NCBI GenBank assembly: GCA_048886685.1
Contig: JBHLKM010000002.1
Span: 39,532 to 103,531 of the forward strand
From: Candidatus Hodarchaeota archaeon
Lineage (GTDB): Archaea > Asgardarchaeota > Lokiarchaeia > Sigyniarchaeales > SOKP01
Direction of reading: 5' to 3'
Length of the DNA: 64,000 bases
Under the pieces are notes generated by a model that saw nothing but the letters and a program-made list of their open reading frames with translations, was not told where the DNA came from and searched no databases. The position numbers and the translations under genes are program-made. Positions 19,116 to 28,946 of the stretch are shown here, one piece after another (position 1 is the stretch's first letter; each line of letters opens with the position of its first letter).

Positions 19116-20417
19116 TTATATTTCTTTTTTTTTGAATTTTCCTATGAAAAATCCTTGAGTTTGATGGATTGAAGGGAATAATCTACCCGTTCCTGGTAAA
19201 ACTGAATCTTCAATAATATAACTCGGAGAGAACCACTTTGGTAAGTTTTGAGGTTCTAAATAATCTTGAAAATTCATTATTATATATTCTCCTTCTTCTG
19301 GATAGAGACTACATGTTGAATATACAAGGATTCCATTTGGTTTTAATATTTTCAAAGCACTTTCGAATAATTTTTTTTGTAAGACAGTATTTTGATGTAA
19401 AAAATTCTCGTTTTGTCGCCATTTGAGCTCGGGGTTTATTAAAAACGCACCATTCCCAGTACAGGGAGCATCTAGTAATATGCGGTCAAAAATATTTTCA
19501 AATCGTATTGGAAATATGATACTATCAGTATTTAAGATATGAGTATTTAACACACTCAAGTGATTGAGTAAATCCTTCATTATAATTGTTCGCTGGTCGA
19601 GAAATTCTCCTGCAATTATATGACCTCTATTATTCATATTCTGGGCAATCAAACTAGTTTTCATTCCCGGAGCAGCACACATATCACAGATTAATTCTCC
19701 TGGTTGAGGAGACAATACTTGGATTACAGCAGCTGAAGCCTTATCTTGAAAAATAAGATGACCTTCTTGATAAATATCGGTTTTTAGTACATTATTTTTC
19801 AAAGTGATTGGAATAGTTAGTAAATCTCTAATGTGAGGATCCTTATTAAAAGAAATTTTTTCCTTTTCAAATTCGGTCTTAATAACTGAGTTTAAATCAC
19901 TATTCAAATCCTTTTCCAGCAATCTATTAATCCGAACAAAGGTGACAGCATTCTCATTTAAACCATTCATGGCTTGAATATTATCCCTGATAAAATCTAA
20001 AGACGATACAGATAAAAGATGATTTATCATAAAGCTGGGAATAGCTTCACATATACTTAATCTCTCTTTCTCATCTTTTCTATTTAAAGCCTTTTCCCAA
20101 GAAAATTTCCTTAGATTTTTTAAAAAGCTTTTATTAATTCGCTTCATTTCATAATAAATTGTATTATCAGAGGTTCTTTCCCATAATATTCTATATGTTG
20201 CATATAACAACTGGGCTAATTGAGATGTAGTTGGTGTGATAGTATTAGGCAGAATTCTTCTAATTATAAAATTTATCTTGCTCCAATATCTCACAATTTC
20301 GCGGTAATAATGAATAATTCTTGAACTTTTTTTAATTGATTTTAAATTAGAATTATAGTCTCCTTCTATAAATTTGGCAATTAGATTTAATAGTTCAGAT
20401 AAATCTTTATTTATGAT
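19116..20417 (-). CDS. RsmB/NOP2/Sun family RNA m5C methyltransferase
   Basis: QDKAS, DMCAAPGMKT, LLDAPCTG, YSTCS; frame open 41 codons upstream of the track GTG to an ATC at 20417 after GAGGT. Confidence 0.9.
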   Translation of the reverse strand: MINKDLSELLNLIAKFIEGDYNSNLKSIKKSSRIIHYYREIVRYWSKINFIIRRILPNTITPTTSQLAQLLYATYRILWERTSDNTIYYEMKRINKSFLKNLRKFSWEKALNRKDEKERLSICEAIPSFMINHLLSVSSLDFIRDNIQAMNGLNENAVTFVRINRLLEKDLNSDLNSVIKTEFEKEKISFNKDPHIRDLLTIPITLKNNVLKTDIYQEGHLIFQDKASAAVIQVLSPQPGELICDMCAAPGMKTSLIAQNMNNRGHIIAGEFLDQRTIIMKDLLNHLSVLNTHILNTDSIIFPIRFENIFDRILLDAPCTGNGAFLINPELKWRQNENFLHQNTVLQKKLFESALKILKPNGILVYSTCSLYPEEGEYIIMNFQDYLEPQNLPKWFSPSYIIEDSVLPGTGRLFPSIHQTQGFFIGKFKKKEI

Positions 20418-20508
20418 TTTAATTGACCTCTTTCTTAAAAAACTATGACTCTAATTAGTATTCTTTTACAAAATTAATAAAAAATAGGAAAAAAAGTTTA
20501 TTTTAAAT

Positions 20509-23500
20509 TTATTGTAATTCAGCCGGCATTATTAATCCTTTTCTTTTTAATGAAATAATTATGCTAATAATCTCGTCTCTCGAAGCTTTTCTCCCCGCTA
20601 AACCAAAATTCAAAAGACTTGATACAAAAAAGAATTTCCTTTCTTTCTGTATTTCCTCCGCTAATTCTACAAGATCTTTTTCTAAACCTTTTAACTTTAC
20701 TACTCCGTAATGTTTTCCTAATTGAAGTGGATAAACGAAGGTAACATTGAAGAATCTTTCAATTAAATCATCAGCGGCTCTGAAAGGAGTAATATCTCCC
20801 ATAAAATTCTTCAAATTGGGTTCAAATCTTCTTTCAAAAGATTCTGTGAATGCTATTTGACTTTCTTTTAATTTTTCAGAAGGAATGCCGTCTAATATCA
20901 AGGCTACTCGAACATAATCTCCATCGGTGATAACAATTTTAAAATCATAATAATCCATTTCAAAACCCTTACCTCTTGGGGTTTTTTCTGCATCTTTTTT
21001 AATCTCAGTTCTAAATTGTGAAATGGCTTGTAAAAATCCTGAAATTAAATCTGAATCAATCCCTTCTAAAGAAATTTGCTTATCAAAAATTGAGACTCCA
21101 CTATCTTTTTCAATTATCATTATATAAGCAATTTTCAATAAATCATCTAAAATTTTAGCTTCACCCGCCCAAAATCTTCTTTGTCTCGAATGTCTAATAT
21201 GTCTTACCGTAACAAACGTTATAGCAGCAGCCAAACCTGCTATTATATAAGGTAAATAACGCATAAACGTATCCATGAAAAGTATAAACTCCGACACAAC
21301 TTTAATATATCCTGAAACGATTTCCGCGCTTGTATACATCCCCTCTTCTGCAAATGTAGCTCGAACAGAAAATCTACTACCAGTATTTTCGAATTTTAAA
21401 GAAGCTGTTGCCACTCCTTGATCATTGGTTACTGCCGTAGTTTCATATAAAGTAATATTATTAGCATTTAGTACTTCAAAGATTATTTCAACATTCTCTA
21501 ATGATTTTCCTCCTGGCTCAAAAACTCTAGCGGAAATGAATCTAGTTCCTGTCATATACTGAGAGGCAGGAGGTTCGATAAACTCTATGATGGGTTCTAT
21601 TTTAAAAATTTCATACGTCCCATTGACGTCAAAGCGTATAGAATGCCATTTGGATATAACATTGAATTCAAAAAACCCGTGAGAAATATCAGCGTTATCA
21701 ATATCTGCTTCCCATGTTCCCATACCAATTCCATTATCAAGCACATCTACCCCGAAATTTTGTAATTCTATTTCTGACGCAGTTAACGTATTGCTATTGA
21801 TTCCTAAGCCCAAAGATGACGAGATATCTGAAGATATTGCATTTTGTATATAAAAATTCACATTAAATTCGTTAATAGAAACAGTAAAACCATAATCGGA
21901 TGATGAGTTTGAGAGATATCTCAACCGAAATTTTACTTGATTATTTTCAGATTCATTTAATAATTGTAAAAGAATCCAGGTAAACCCTGCGTCAAAAGGT
22001 AATAAATCTGTAGTTTCATCCAGATGAGCGAGTGTTCGATTCTCACTTATTAAAATCCAATCTTTGTCATTTTGATTTTGATCAAAAAAGTCAAATGTTT
22101 CATTACCTTTATAGAGCTCTAATACCGCAAAATCTAAATTGTCTGGTTTGCTCACATTAGAACTAATTCTTACATGTATTTGCGGAATGATTGGATTTGG
22201 ATAAGAAACAATCCAATCGTAGAAATCTATGTTCCAGAGAGAGCTATCAAGATCTCCTAAAACGTTTAATGTGAATTCAATAGAAATATTGCTTGTTAAT
22301 GCTTGAGCTCTATATTTATCATCATCGTTGAATTCAAGGAAATCAACAGTCTGATTGCCAAAAGGTATAGTGGTTCCATTAATAACGTTTACATCATTTG
22401 GAACGAAAAATTCTTGGATTAAGGGATCATACCTTTGGATTGTATCGAGGTTGTCCAGCTCTCCTATTTCAACCTTAAATTGATTAATTGATGCAGTAGC
22501 ATTAGCACCCCCATCTGTTATATATTCAAATTTAAATCTAAGAGTATTATTTTTCAATGGACCGATATCCATAACATGTAGGAAAAATAATTTTTCTTCT
22601 GGATCGCGTGCTGAGTAATAAAAAGAATATTCACTTTCTCTTATTATATTGAGTCCAAGATCTATCCATTTTGGTTGGAATAATCCTGCTTTAAAATTAT
22701 AAACTGATAAATTTGCAGATTTTATATGAGAACTGTCAGAAATATTTAATGTGAAATAAAAATCAAAACTAAATATATATCTATAGTGTTCAAACCACCA
22801 ATTAATAAGCTCAGGTTTCAGTGCTCGCAAATATAATTCCCAATAATTAAATGGAGAATTTTTTAAGTTTTTTAAATCAAACTGAATGTCTATTGTTAAA
22901 TTATTTAAATCAGTTGCAGTATATCTATCTTCATCAATAGTTTTAAAAGATTCTGGGGTTCCTTGAGGAGCTAATAAATATCCACTTGTAACCTGGGCTC
23001 GCTCTACATCATTTACTGTATAATTATCAAAATAAAAATCAGGTGAGATAGCAAAAGTATCTCCTTCTCCTATATCTTCACTATCAGGATTAAAATATAA
23101 GAATTTAGGACCACCACCAGAGAGCTCATCGTCAGGAGGTAGCTTAATTCGAAATGCAAACCAGTATTTATTGACACTTCCTTCAGTTGTCATATTAGTT
23201 TTTGAAGTATCTAGGAAAATTGGTCCAGATTCAGAATTTTTAAAATCAAAAACTTCCCAATGAGCAGCATAGATTATAGGATGAGGTTTTTGTAAAACAC
23301 CCAAATTTTCTACTGTGTTAGGCGTTCCATCATTAGAGCAGTTCACAATAGCCACTTCCCATGAATTTTCATCTGTAAAAGAAGTAGGATTATTAATATC
23401 CTGGATAAGAATACTCACATTATTTATGTATTGACTTATTTCAACTGCAAATTTTTGATAAATATAAGTAGGTTCAACTCGAGAACTAGAAATAAACTCA

Positions 23501-23895
23501 GAAAAGTCATTTTCTATATAGCGAGTATAATTAACTGCTGTAATGTTCTCAAAGGACATTTTTGCATGTGAAATATTATAGTTTGGAATATAAATGCTAG
23601 GTTGGACATTTAAACCTGGTTGATCTCGGTTGATATAACAATACTTACTGATACTTGTGATATTACTAAATATTTTTCCTGTACGGTTAATAGCTTGAGG
23701 GTAGAGTGGATAAGAATTTCCTTGCGAATCTGCTGCTGGAAAAATAATAGATTTAGAGTTATAAACTGGAATAATTATAAAGGATATTAAAAGAAAAGTA
23801 ATGAGCATTTTGTTATTAATAGTTTTCATTTGTAAAAACCTCATTTTTTTTAAAATATAAAGAACAACTTTAGTTACAAATGAGAGATCAGACAT
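20509..23895 (-). CDS. Large single-pass surface protein with cytoplasmic longin-like and wH domains
   Basis: Signal-like N-terminus, N/S/T-rich beta ectodomain, Ig-like TNDQGVAT segment, TM YLPYIIAGLAAAITFV, then IMIIEKDSGVSIF..DSDLISGFLQAI. Confidence 0.75.
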   Translation of the reverse strand: MSDLSFVTKVVLYILKKMRFLQMKTINNKMLITFLLISFIIIPVYNSKSIIFPAADSQGNSYPLYPQAINRTGKIFSNITSISKYCYINRDQPGLNVQPSIYIPNYNISHAKMSFENITAVNYTRYIENDFSEFISSSRVEPTYIYQKFAVEISQYINNVSILIQDINNPTSFTDENSWEVAIVNCSNDGTPNTVENLGVLQKPHPIIYAAHWEVFDFKNSESGPIFLDTSKTNMTTEGSVNKYWFAFRIKLPPDDELSGGGPKFLYFNPDSEDIGEGDTFAISPDFYFDNYTVNDVERAQVTSGYLLAPQGTPESFKTIDEDRYTATDLNNLTIDIQFDLKNLKNSPFNYWELYLRALKPELINWWFEHYRYIFSFDFYFTLNISDSSHIKSANLSVYNFKAGLFQPKWIDLGLNIIRESEYSFYYSARDPEEKLFFLHVMDIGPLKNNTLRFKFEYITDGGANATASINQFKVEIGELDNLDTIQRYDPLIQEFFVPNDVNVINGTTIPFGNQTVDFLEFNDDDKYRAQALTSNISIEFTLNVLGDLDSSLWNIDFYDWIVSYPNPIIPQIHVRISSNVSKPDNLDFAVLELYKGNETFDFFDQNQNDKDWILISENRTLAHLDETTDLLPFDAGFTWILLQLLNESENNQVKFRLRYLSNSSSDYGFTVSINEFNVNFYIQNAISSDISSSLGLGINSNTLTASEIELQNFGVDVLDNGIGMGTWEADIDNADISHGFFEFNVISKWHSIRFDVNGTYEIFKIEPIIEFIEPPASQYMTGTRFISARVFEPGGKSLENVEIIFEVLNANNITLYETTAVTNDQGVATASLKFENTGSRFSVRATFAEEGMYTSAEIVSGYIKVVSEFILFMDTFMRYLPYIIAGLAAAITFVTVRHIRHSRQRRFWAGEAKILDDLLKIAYIMIIEKDSGVSIFDKQISLEGIDSDLISGFLQAISQFRTEIKKDAEKTPRGKGFEMDYYDFKIVITDGDYVRVALILDGIPSEKLKESQIAFTESFERRFEPNLKNFMGDITPFRAADDLIERFFNVTFVYPLQLGKHYGVVKLKGLEKDLVELAEEIQKERKFFFVSSLLNFGLAGRKASRDEIISIIISLKRKGLIMPAELQ

Positions 23896-23982
23896 TTAAA
23901 ACTAGTTTTTCTATTGTAATCGAGGATATGCAAATTTTAGGTTAAAATTGCTACAAATTCACTGTTCTATGAAAATTGAACT

Positions 23983-25221
23983 TTATTTTACTATCCTAAT
24001 TATTAAACTTTCTAAATCTTCTTCTGAAATGAATTTATTCTTAGTGATAATGGAATGAACCCTCCTTAAAATTTTATCTAAATACCTTTCATAATTATCC
24101 AATCCTAATTGTTCACATTTCATTTTGATCGCATCCCCATGAAGCGTTGTGGGTCCAAAAATAACCTGTTCTTTTTGCCCTACTATTTCTGGTTTATATG
24201 GTGTAAAACACATCCAAAATTTATCTTTCTCTAATGCGCTCATGACATGGAGTTCACTTTCATGAATAAAGGTATTCCTCCCAACAATAGGTTTATTATA
24301 TGGCAAAGGAATTCCAGAAACCTTTTCGATATATTTACTCAAATCATATAATTTAGAAAGATCGATCCCTGTGTCTATTCCATATAACATTTCTAAAGTA
24401 ACAACAACTTCCTCAAGTGAGGTATTGCCTGCTCTGTCACCAAGTTTATTAACCACAAGGTCCATATATGATGCTCCTTGTTCAACAGCAGCAACAGTAG
24501 AAGCAGTCCCCATTCCAAAATCATCATGAACATGAATCCCTATAGGAATATCTTCTGCAATAGGTCTTACTTGCTTTATTAAATAAGTAATGGCTGGTAT
24601 ACTACAAGCACCAACTGTATCATACAACATTATCATCTTTACTCCATTCTTAATACCTTGTTCAATTGCTTTTATCAAAGTCGATAATTTTGAGCGAGTT
24701 GCATCAACACAATCTAAAATTGCATTTGCTCCAAGTTTCTTAATTCTGCTTAATACTGCGGGAATTGTTGACACAATAACTTCTGGGGTTATTTTGTTAT
24801 CACCTGTAAATAATTGAAGCTGCCATTCTGTTAAAACAATTCCAAAACCAATATAATCAATTTTTGCTTCTATTGATTTTTTAACTTCTGTCGTCCATCT
24901 TGAAGGATTTGAACTGAGATGGGAATATGTCTTTAATTTAATACCTAATTCTTTAATTTGATTTGCTAAATCCCACTGATCTTGAACTTGTCCAATATAG
25001 CCACAGTCTATATGTTCAATACCGATCTCTTCTAATTTTTCTACAATTTTAATCTTTTGGTCTAATGTATAATAAACTCCGGGGGTTTCTTCCCCTTCTC
25101 TAATTGTAGAGTCTCTAACATAAACTCTTTCAGGAATATTAGTTGATCTAAGCACGTCTTCATTAAAATTGAGAGGTGAAACCCACCATTTTTTATTAAA
25201 CCATTTTGTTTCTTCTTTCAT
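23983..25221 (-). CDS. DRE-TIM acyltransferase (homocitrate/isopropylmalate synthase-like, no regulatory domain)
   Basis: DSTIREGEETPG, HVHDDFG, GDRAGN, PYNKPIVG, FIHES. Confidence 0.85.
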   Translation of the reverse strand: MKEETKWFNKKWWVSPLNFNEDVLRSTNIPERVYVRDSTIREGEETPGVYYTLDQKIKIVEKLEEIGIEHIDCGYIGQVQDQWDLANQIKELGIKLKTYSHLSSNPSRWTTEVKKSIEAKIDYIGFGIVLTEWQLQLFTGDNKITPEVIVSTIPAVLSRIKKLGANAILDCVDATRSKLSTLIKAIEQGIKNGVKMIMLYDTVGACSIPAITYLIKQVRPIAEDIPIGIHVHDDFGMGTASTVAAVEQGASYMDLVVNKLGDRAGNTSLEEVVVTLEMLYGIDTGIDLSKLYDLSKYIEKVSGIPLPYNKPIVGRNTFIHESELHVMSALEKDKFWMCFTPYKPEIVGQKEQVIFGPTTLHGDAIKMKCEQLGLDNYERYLDKILRRVHSIITKNKFISEEDLESLIIRIVK

Positions 25222-25327
25222 GATAATATTACAATTAAAAATATGTCATTGACTAAAAATAATTCAAAAAATTTTATTATTTTTTCAATACTCTTCATGA
25301 TGTAATAATTTTATCTTGTGAATTAAC

Positions 25328-26086
25328 ATGTGGTTGATATTTTTGGTCTGGCTTATCGTAATTTTTATATCTACAATATTTATTAGTCAATATATAAAAA
25401 TTTATAAGAGAGAAGATGTAGCAATCGCATTCTTTGTGATATTTTTAGCTATGTCTCAAATTTTAGCAGCAAAAATTGGTGATTTTAGTATTGGTAATTA
25501 CACAATAACAGCCCCAGTGGCAGTAGTCATATTTCCATTTACATTTCAAATTACAGATATGGTGAATGAAAACTTTGGACAAAAGGCTACACATCGAATG
25601 GTATTCATCGCATTTATCACACAAATATTTATGACGCTTTTTATATGGTTTGGTATTGAAATATCGAGTGCCCCTTTTTGGGGATCTGATTGGGGTAGTA
25701 ATCCAACTGTGGCCCAAACGTGGTGGATAAACTTTTTAGGGTCAACTTTACGTATAACTGCTGCTTCCTGGATTGCTTTCTTAATTACAGAAAATCTTGA
25801 TGCTGTTTTATTTGCTAAATTCAAGATTTTAACAAAAGGTAAAAATTTATGGATAAGGAATATATTAAGTGATATCCCTACACTTGCATTAGACAGTTTT
25901 ATTTTTGTAAGTATCGCATTTGGTGGCTTGTTGCCCCTTTGGTCAATTATATGGGGTCAAATTTTGACTAAATGGTTTTTCGGTCTAATGGATACACCCT
26001 TCATGTACCTTTCACGTGGAATTACCAGTGGTAAAATTAGCATTTTGGATGATCTAGCTGGAAAAATAGTATTTTGGAAAAAATAA
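25328..26086 (+). CDS. VUT family (YhhQ-like) preQ0/queuosine-precursor transporter
   Basis: ILAAK, FPFTFQITDMVNENFG, RITAAS, LWIRN, DSFIF, DTPF. Confidence 0.85.
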   Translation: MWLIFLVWLIVIFISTIFISQYIKIYKREDVAIAFFVIFLAMSQILAAKIGDFSIGNYTITAPVAVVIFPFTFQITDMVNENFGQKATHRMVFIAFITQIFMTLFIWFGIEISSAPFWGSDWGSNPTVAQTWWINFLGSTLRITAASWIAFLITENLDAVLFAKFKILTKGKNLWIRNILSDIPTLALDSFIFVSIAFGGLLPLWSIIWGQILTKWFFGLMDTPFMYLSRGITSGKISILDDLAGKIVFWKK

Positions 26087-26109
26087 AAAAAAATTTGGTA
26101 TGTTTTTCT

Positions 26110-26922
26110 TTACTGTTTCTTTTTCATTACCACGTAAATTAAACTTATAATGATCCCCATTGAAACGCCTAATAAAACAGGTATCTCAAAACCAGGTATA
26201 TCTGCTCCAGCACTAGGAGTTTCTAATTCTGTTTCATACGCTATTGTTCCATTATTATGCACTAATTTATAGCCCAAAAATGTTCCATAAGCGCTAGAAT
26301 ATCTCCAAGATTCAACGCAATTTACCAAATACGTTACTCCAGGGAGACCCGTATAAAATGCTGCAACGTTATGAGTAACTGTTGTACCTGAAATTGTGTA
26401 ATCATTATCCCAAAGGAGCTCAGATAAATAAGTGTCCGCTGGAATAGGAAGAAAATTCAGGAAACCAAATCCACTTACTTGTGAGACGTTACCAGTAGGA
26501 AATGGGCTCATAATTTGACAATAATAGGTTAAATTTTCAGGATGCATTAAAACATATCCAGAACCAGTGACATTAGGCACATTACCAAAGGGTAAGGTTG
26601 TCCAAGTCCAGATGTCTGAAGTAATATTACAAGCTTCAAATGTAAGTACTGTAGCACTTGTATCTACGCTTACAACTTTAGTTTTCATTTTGGCACCCAA
26701 TTGATGAGAGCCTGGTCCGAAAGAACCTTGAATAGAGAGAAACCAAGTAGAACCAAAAATGCTAGTTAGTGTACCATTGTGGACAGTTTTTACTCTCCAT
26801 GTGGCTTCTGCGCCAACAACTCCAGTACAACTATATGTAGTGCCTCTAACAGGTCCGATTGACCCAACAATCATGAGAGAAATTAATAGTAATCCAATTA
26901 AGGTGTAAGAGGTTTTTTTCAT
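26110..26922 (-). CDS. Secreted surface protein with Loki/PGF-CTERM-type sorting signal
   Basis: Signal peptide MKKTSYTLIGLLLISLMIVG; C-terminal IPGFEIPVLLG-TM-KKKQ. Confidence 0.75.
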   Translation of the reverse strand: MKKTSYTLIGLLLISLMIVGSIGPVRGTTYSCTGVVGAEATWRVKTVHNGTLTSIFGSTWFLSIQGSFGPGSHQLGAKMKTKVVSVDTSATVLTFEACNITSDIWTWTTLPFGNVPNVTGSGYVLMHPENLTYYCQIMSPFPTGNVSQVSGFGFLNFLPIPADTYLSELLWDNDYTISGTTVTHNVAAFYTGLPGVTYLVNCVESWRYSSAYGTFLGYKLVHNNGTIAYETELETPSAGADIPGFEIPVLLGVSMGIIISLIYVVMKKKQ

Positions 26923-27102
26923 TTTAAAAATCACGCCTTTTCTATTTAAAAATTCTGTATATTATTATTTATTAAACGATTATATAAATATTTCTTAAGA
27001 ATTCATGACTTAACGGGTTAAAAAAAAGTATTATTAAGACGATTTAATTAATTAAGATTATTTTAATTAGAAAATTTTTATATATTTTTAGGTGGTCGAA
27101 CT

Positions 27103-27879
27103 ATAGAATATTTTTCTCCTGAAAAGGGATTCGAAATTGCATATGAAATAAGTGGTGTAAGTAATGGACCAAAAATAATATTAATTCATGGATTATTCTT
27201 GAATAGTGATTGCTGGAGAGATCAATTACCCACATTTGAATCTAGATTTAATATATTAAGATATGATCTACGTGGACATGGAAGGACAACAAAACCTAAA
27301 AAACGTTTTACTATTCGAAATTATGTCGATGATCTTTATGCACTACTTACTCACCTTAATTGGACTGAAAATCTTTATTTAATTGGGCATTCTCTTGGTG
27401 GTATGATTGCCCTTGTATATGGGCTTGAAAATCCTTCTCATATAAAAAAGATGGTTGTAGCCGATAGTTTTTGTTTTATTAGTCAAGAAGCCATTACCGA
27501 TGTTTTAGGTCGTATTAATAGCAGTAAACTTGAAAAATTTGCAATAGGTATTAGTGTAAGAGGATTAATTCCGTACAACCAAGACATTGCTGATTTTGTA
27601 GCAAAATTAGTTACAGATCACATGACAAAAAAAGATTGTCTTCGGGCAACCGCAGCTTCAGCAGGATTTAATATATGTGAGAATTTGAAATCATTAAACA
27701 TTCCAGTACTATTACTTGTAGGGAAAAAAGATATAACAACTCCTGTTTGGGCTAGTGAGATGATTCATGAGTGGCTTCCACAATCAGAATTAGTAATTTT
27801 ACCTGATGCCGGACATCTAACTATTTTAGACCATCCCTCAGAATTTAATGAATTTGTCTTATCTTTTTTTGCAAAATAA
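27103..27879 (+). CDS. Alpha/beta hydrolase (PcaD-like), probable ATA start
   Basis: ILIHGLF lies upstream of the track TTG; YDLRGHG, GHSLGG, GKKD, AGH; AGGTGGT precedes ATA 27103. Confidence 0.85.
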   Translation: MEYFSPEKGFEIAYEISGVSNGPKIILIHGLFLNSDCWRDQLPTFESRFNILRYDLRGHGRTTKPKKRFTIRNYVDDLYALLTHLNWTENLYLIGHSLGGMIALVYGLENPSHIKKMVVADSFCFISQEAITDVLGRINSSKLEKFAIGISVRGLIPYNQDIADFVAKLVTDHMTKKDCLRATAASAGFNICENLKSLNIPVLLLVGKKDITTPVWASEMIHEWLPQSELVILPDAGHLTILDHPSEFNEFVLSFFAK

Positions 27880-27907
27880 AAAAAAGGGAATTTATTAAAA
27901 ATTTAAA

Positions 27908-28936
27908 TTATTTAGGAGGACCCCATCTGATTACACCGGCATTCCAAGCCCAACCTATTCCAGCAGAAACTATAACAATTAAATCACCATCTTTGATTTT
28001 CCCATCTCTAATTCCATATTCTATTGAAATTATCCCATCATTTTGCCCATTGTGACCAATATCTTCTAAATATGTAGATTGAGTATACGGGTCAACACCA
28101 ATTGTCTTTGCTACATATTCAAAAGCACTTCGTTTCATATGAAGGAGTGCTAAATAACCAATATCCTTACGTGAATATCCTGATTGTCTCAAGGCATTAT
28201 CAATAACTTTTACAAAAGAATTCATAGAGTATTTATCTAGTCTTTCTTTTAAACCTTCAGGGTCTGGTACATCCAAATAATTTAATCCTTCTTTGATAGT
28301 TCTTTCAGTTATAGGTTGAATCGTACCTCCCGCGGGAACATAAACATCATCAACAAAACGGCCGTCTGTAATTGCGGTTATACTTAATATTTCATTTACT
28401 TGATAATCTGCTCGAATAATAGCAGCAACACCACTGGCTGCTAAGCTAATCATAAATCTGGATCTCTGATTTTTATAATTTATCAAATCAGAATTTCTAT
28501 ATCCACTGGCAACTAAAATTCTATTAATATTTGGATTTGTTTGAATTAAACTTTTTGCCATTAACATCCCTATTAAAAAAGTTCCACATCGCTGATTCAC
28601 ATCGAATGCCCAAGATTTCATAGGGTTTCCTAATAATTGCTGTAGTTTTATCCCATTAACTACTAATGGGCGTTCAGCATGTACTTCTCCTGCCCAAATT
28701 ATCACATCAATGTCTTCAGGTTTTAGATTTGCTCTTTTTAAAGCTTGGAAACTAGCATTAGCACCCATTTGAACGGTATGATCTTCTGATCCAGGTACAG
28801 TTTTTGCTACTAAGCCAAATTTCTCTTCAATAATATTTTTAGGGATACCTGTTTCTTTAGATATATAATCACTTGTATGTCTTTCCTTTGGAAGATATAC
28901 ACCCCAAGCTTCTAATCCAACATGTCGGAATTTCAA
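27908..28936 (-). CDS. 3-oxoacyl-synthase III (FabH-like) with Cys-His-His triad
   Basis: NQRCG, LLHMKRS, IGHNGQND, SAGIGWAW. Confidence 0.85.
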   Translation of the reverse strand: MKFRHVGLEAWGVYLPKERHTSDYISKETGIPKNIIEEKFGLVAKTVPGSEDHTVQMGANASFQALKRANLKPEDIDVIIWAGEVHAERPLVVNGIKLQQLLGNPMKSWAFDVNQRCGTFLIGMLMAKSLIQTNPNINRILVASGYRNSDLINYKNQRSRFMISLAASGVAAIIRADYQVNEILSITAITDGRFVDDVYVPAGGTIQPITERTIKEGLNYLDVPDPEGLKERLDKYSMNSFVKVIDNALRQSGYSRKDIGYLALLHMKRSAFEYVAKTIGVDPYTQSTYLEDIGHNGQNDGIISIEYGIRDGKIKDGDLIVIVSAGIGWAWNAGVIRWGPPK

Positions 28937-28946
28937 ATTTCCTCAC

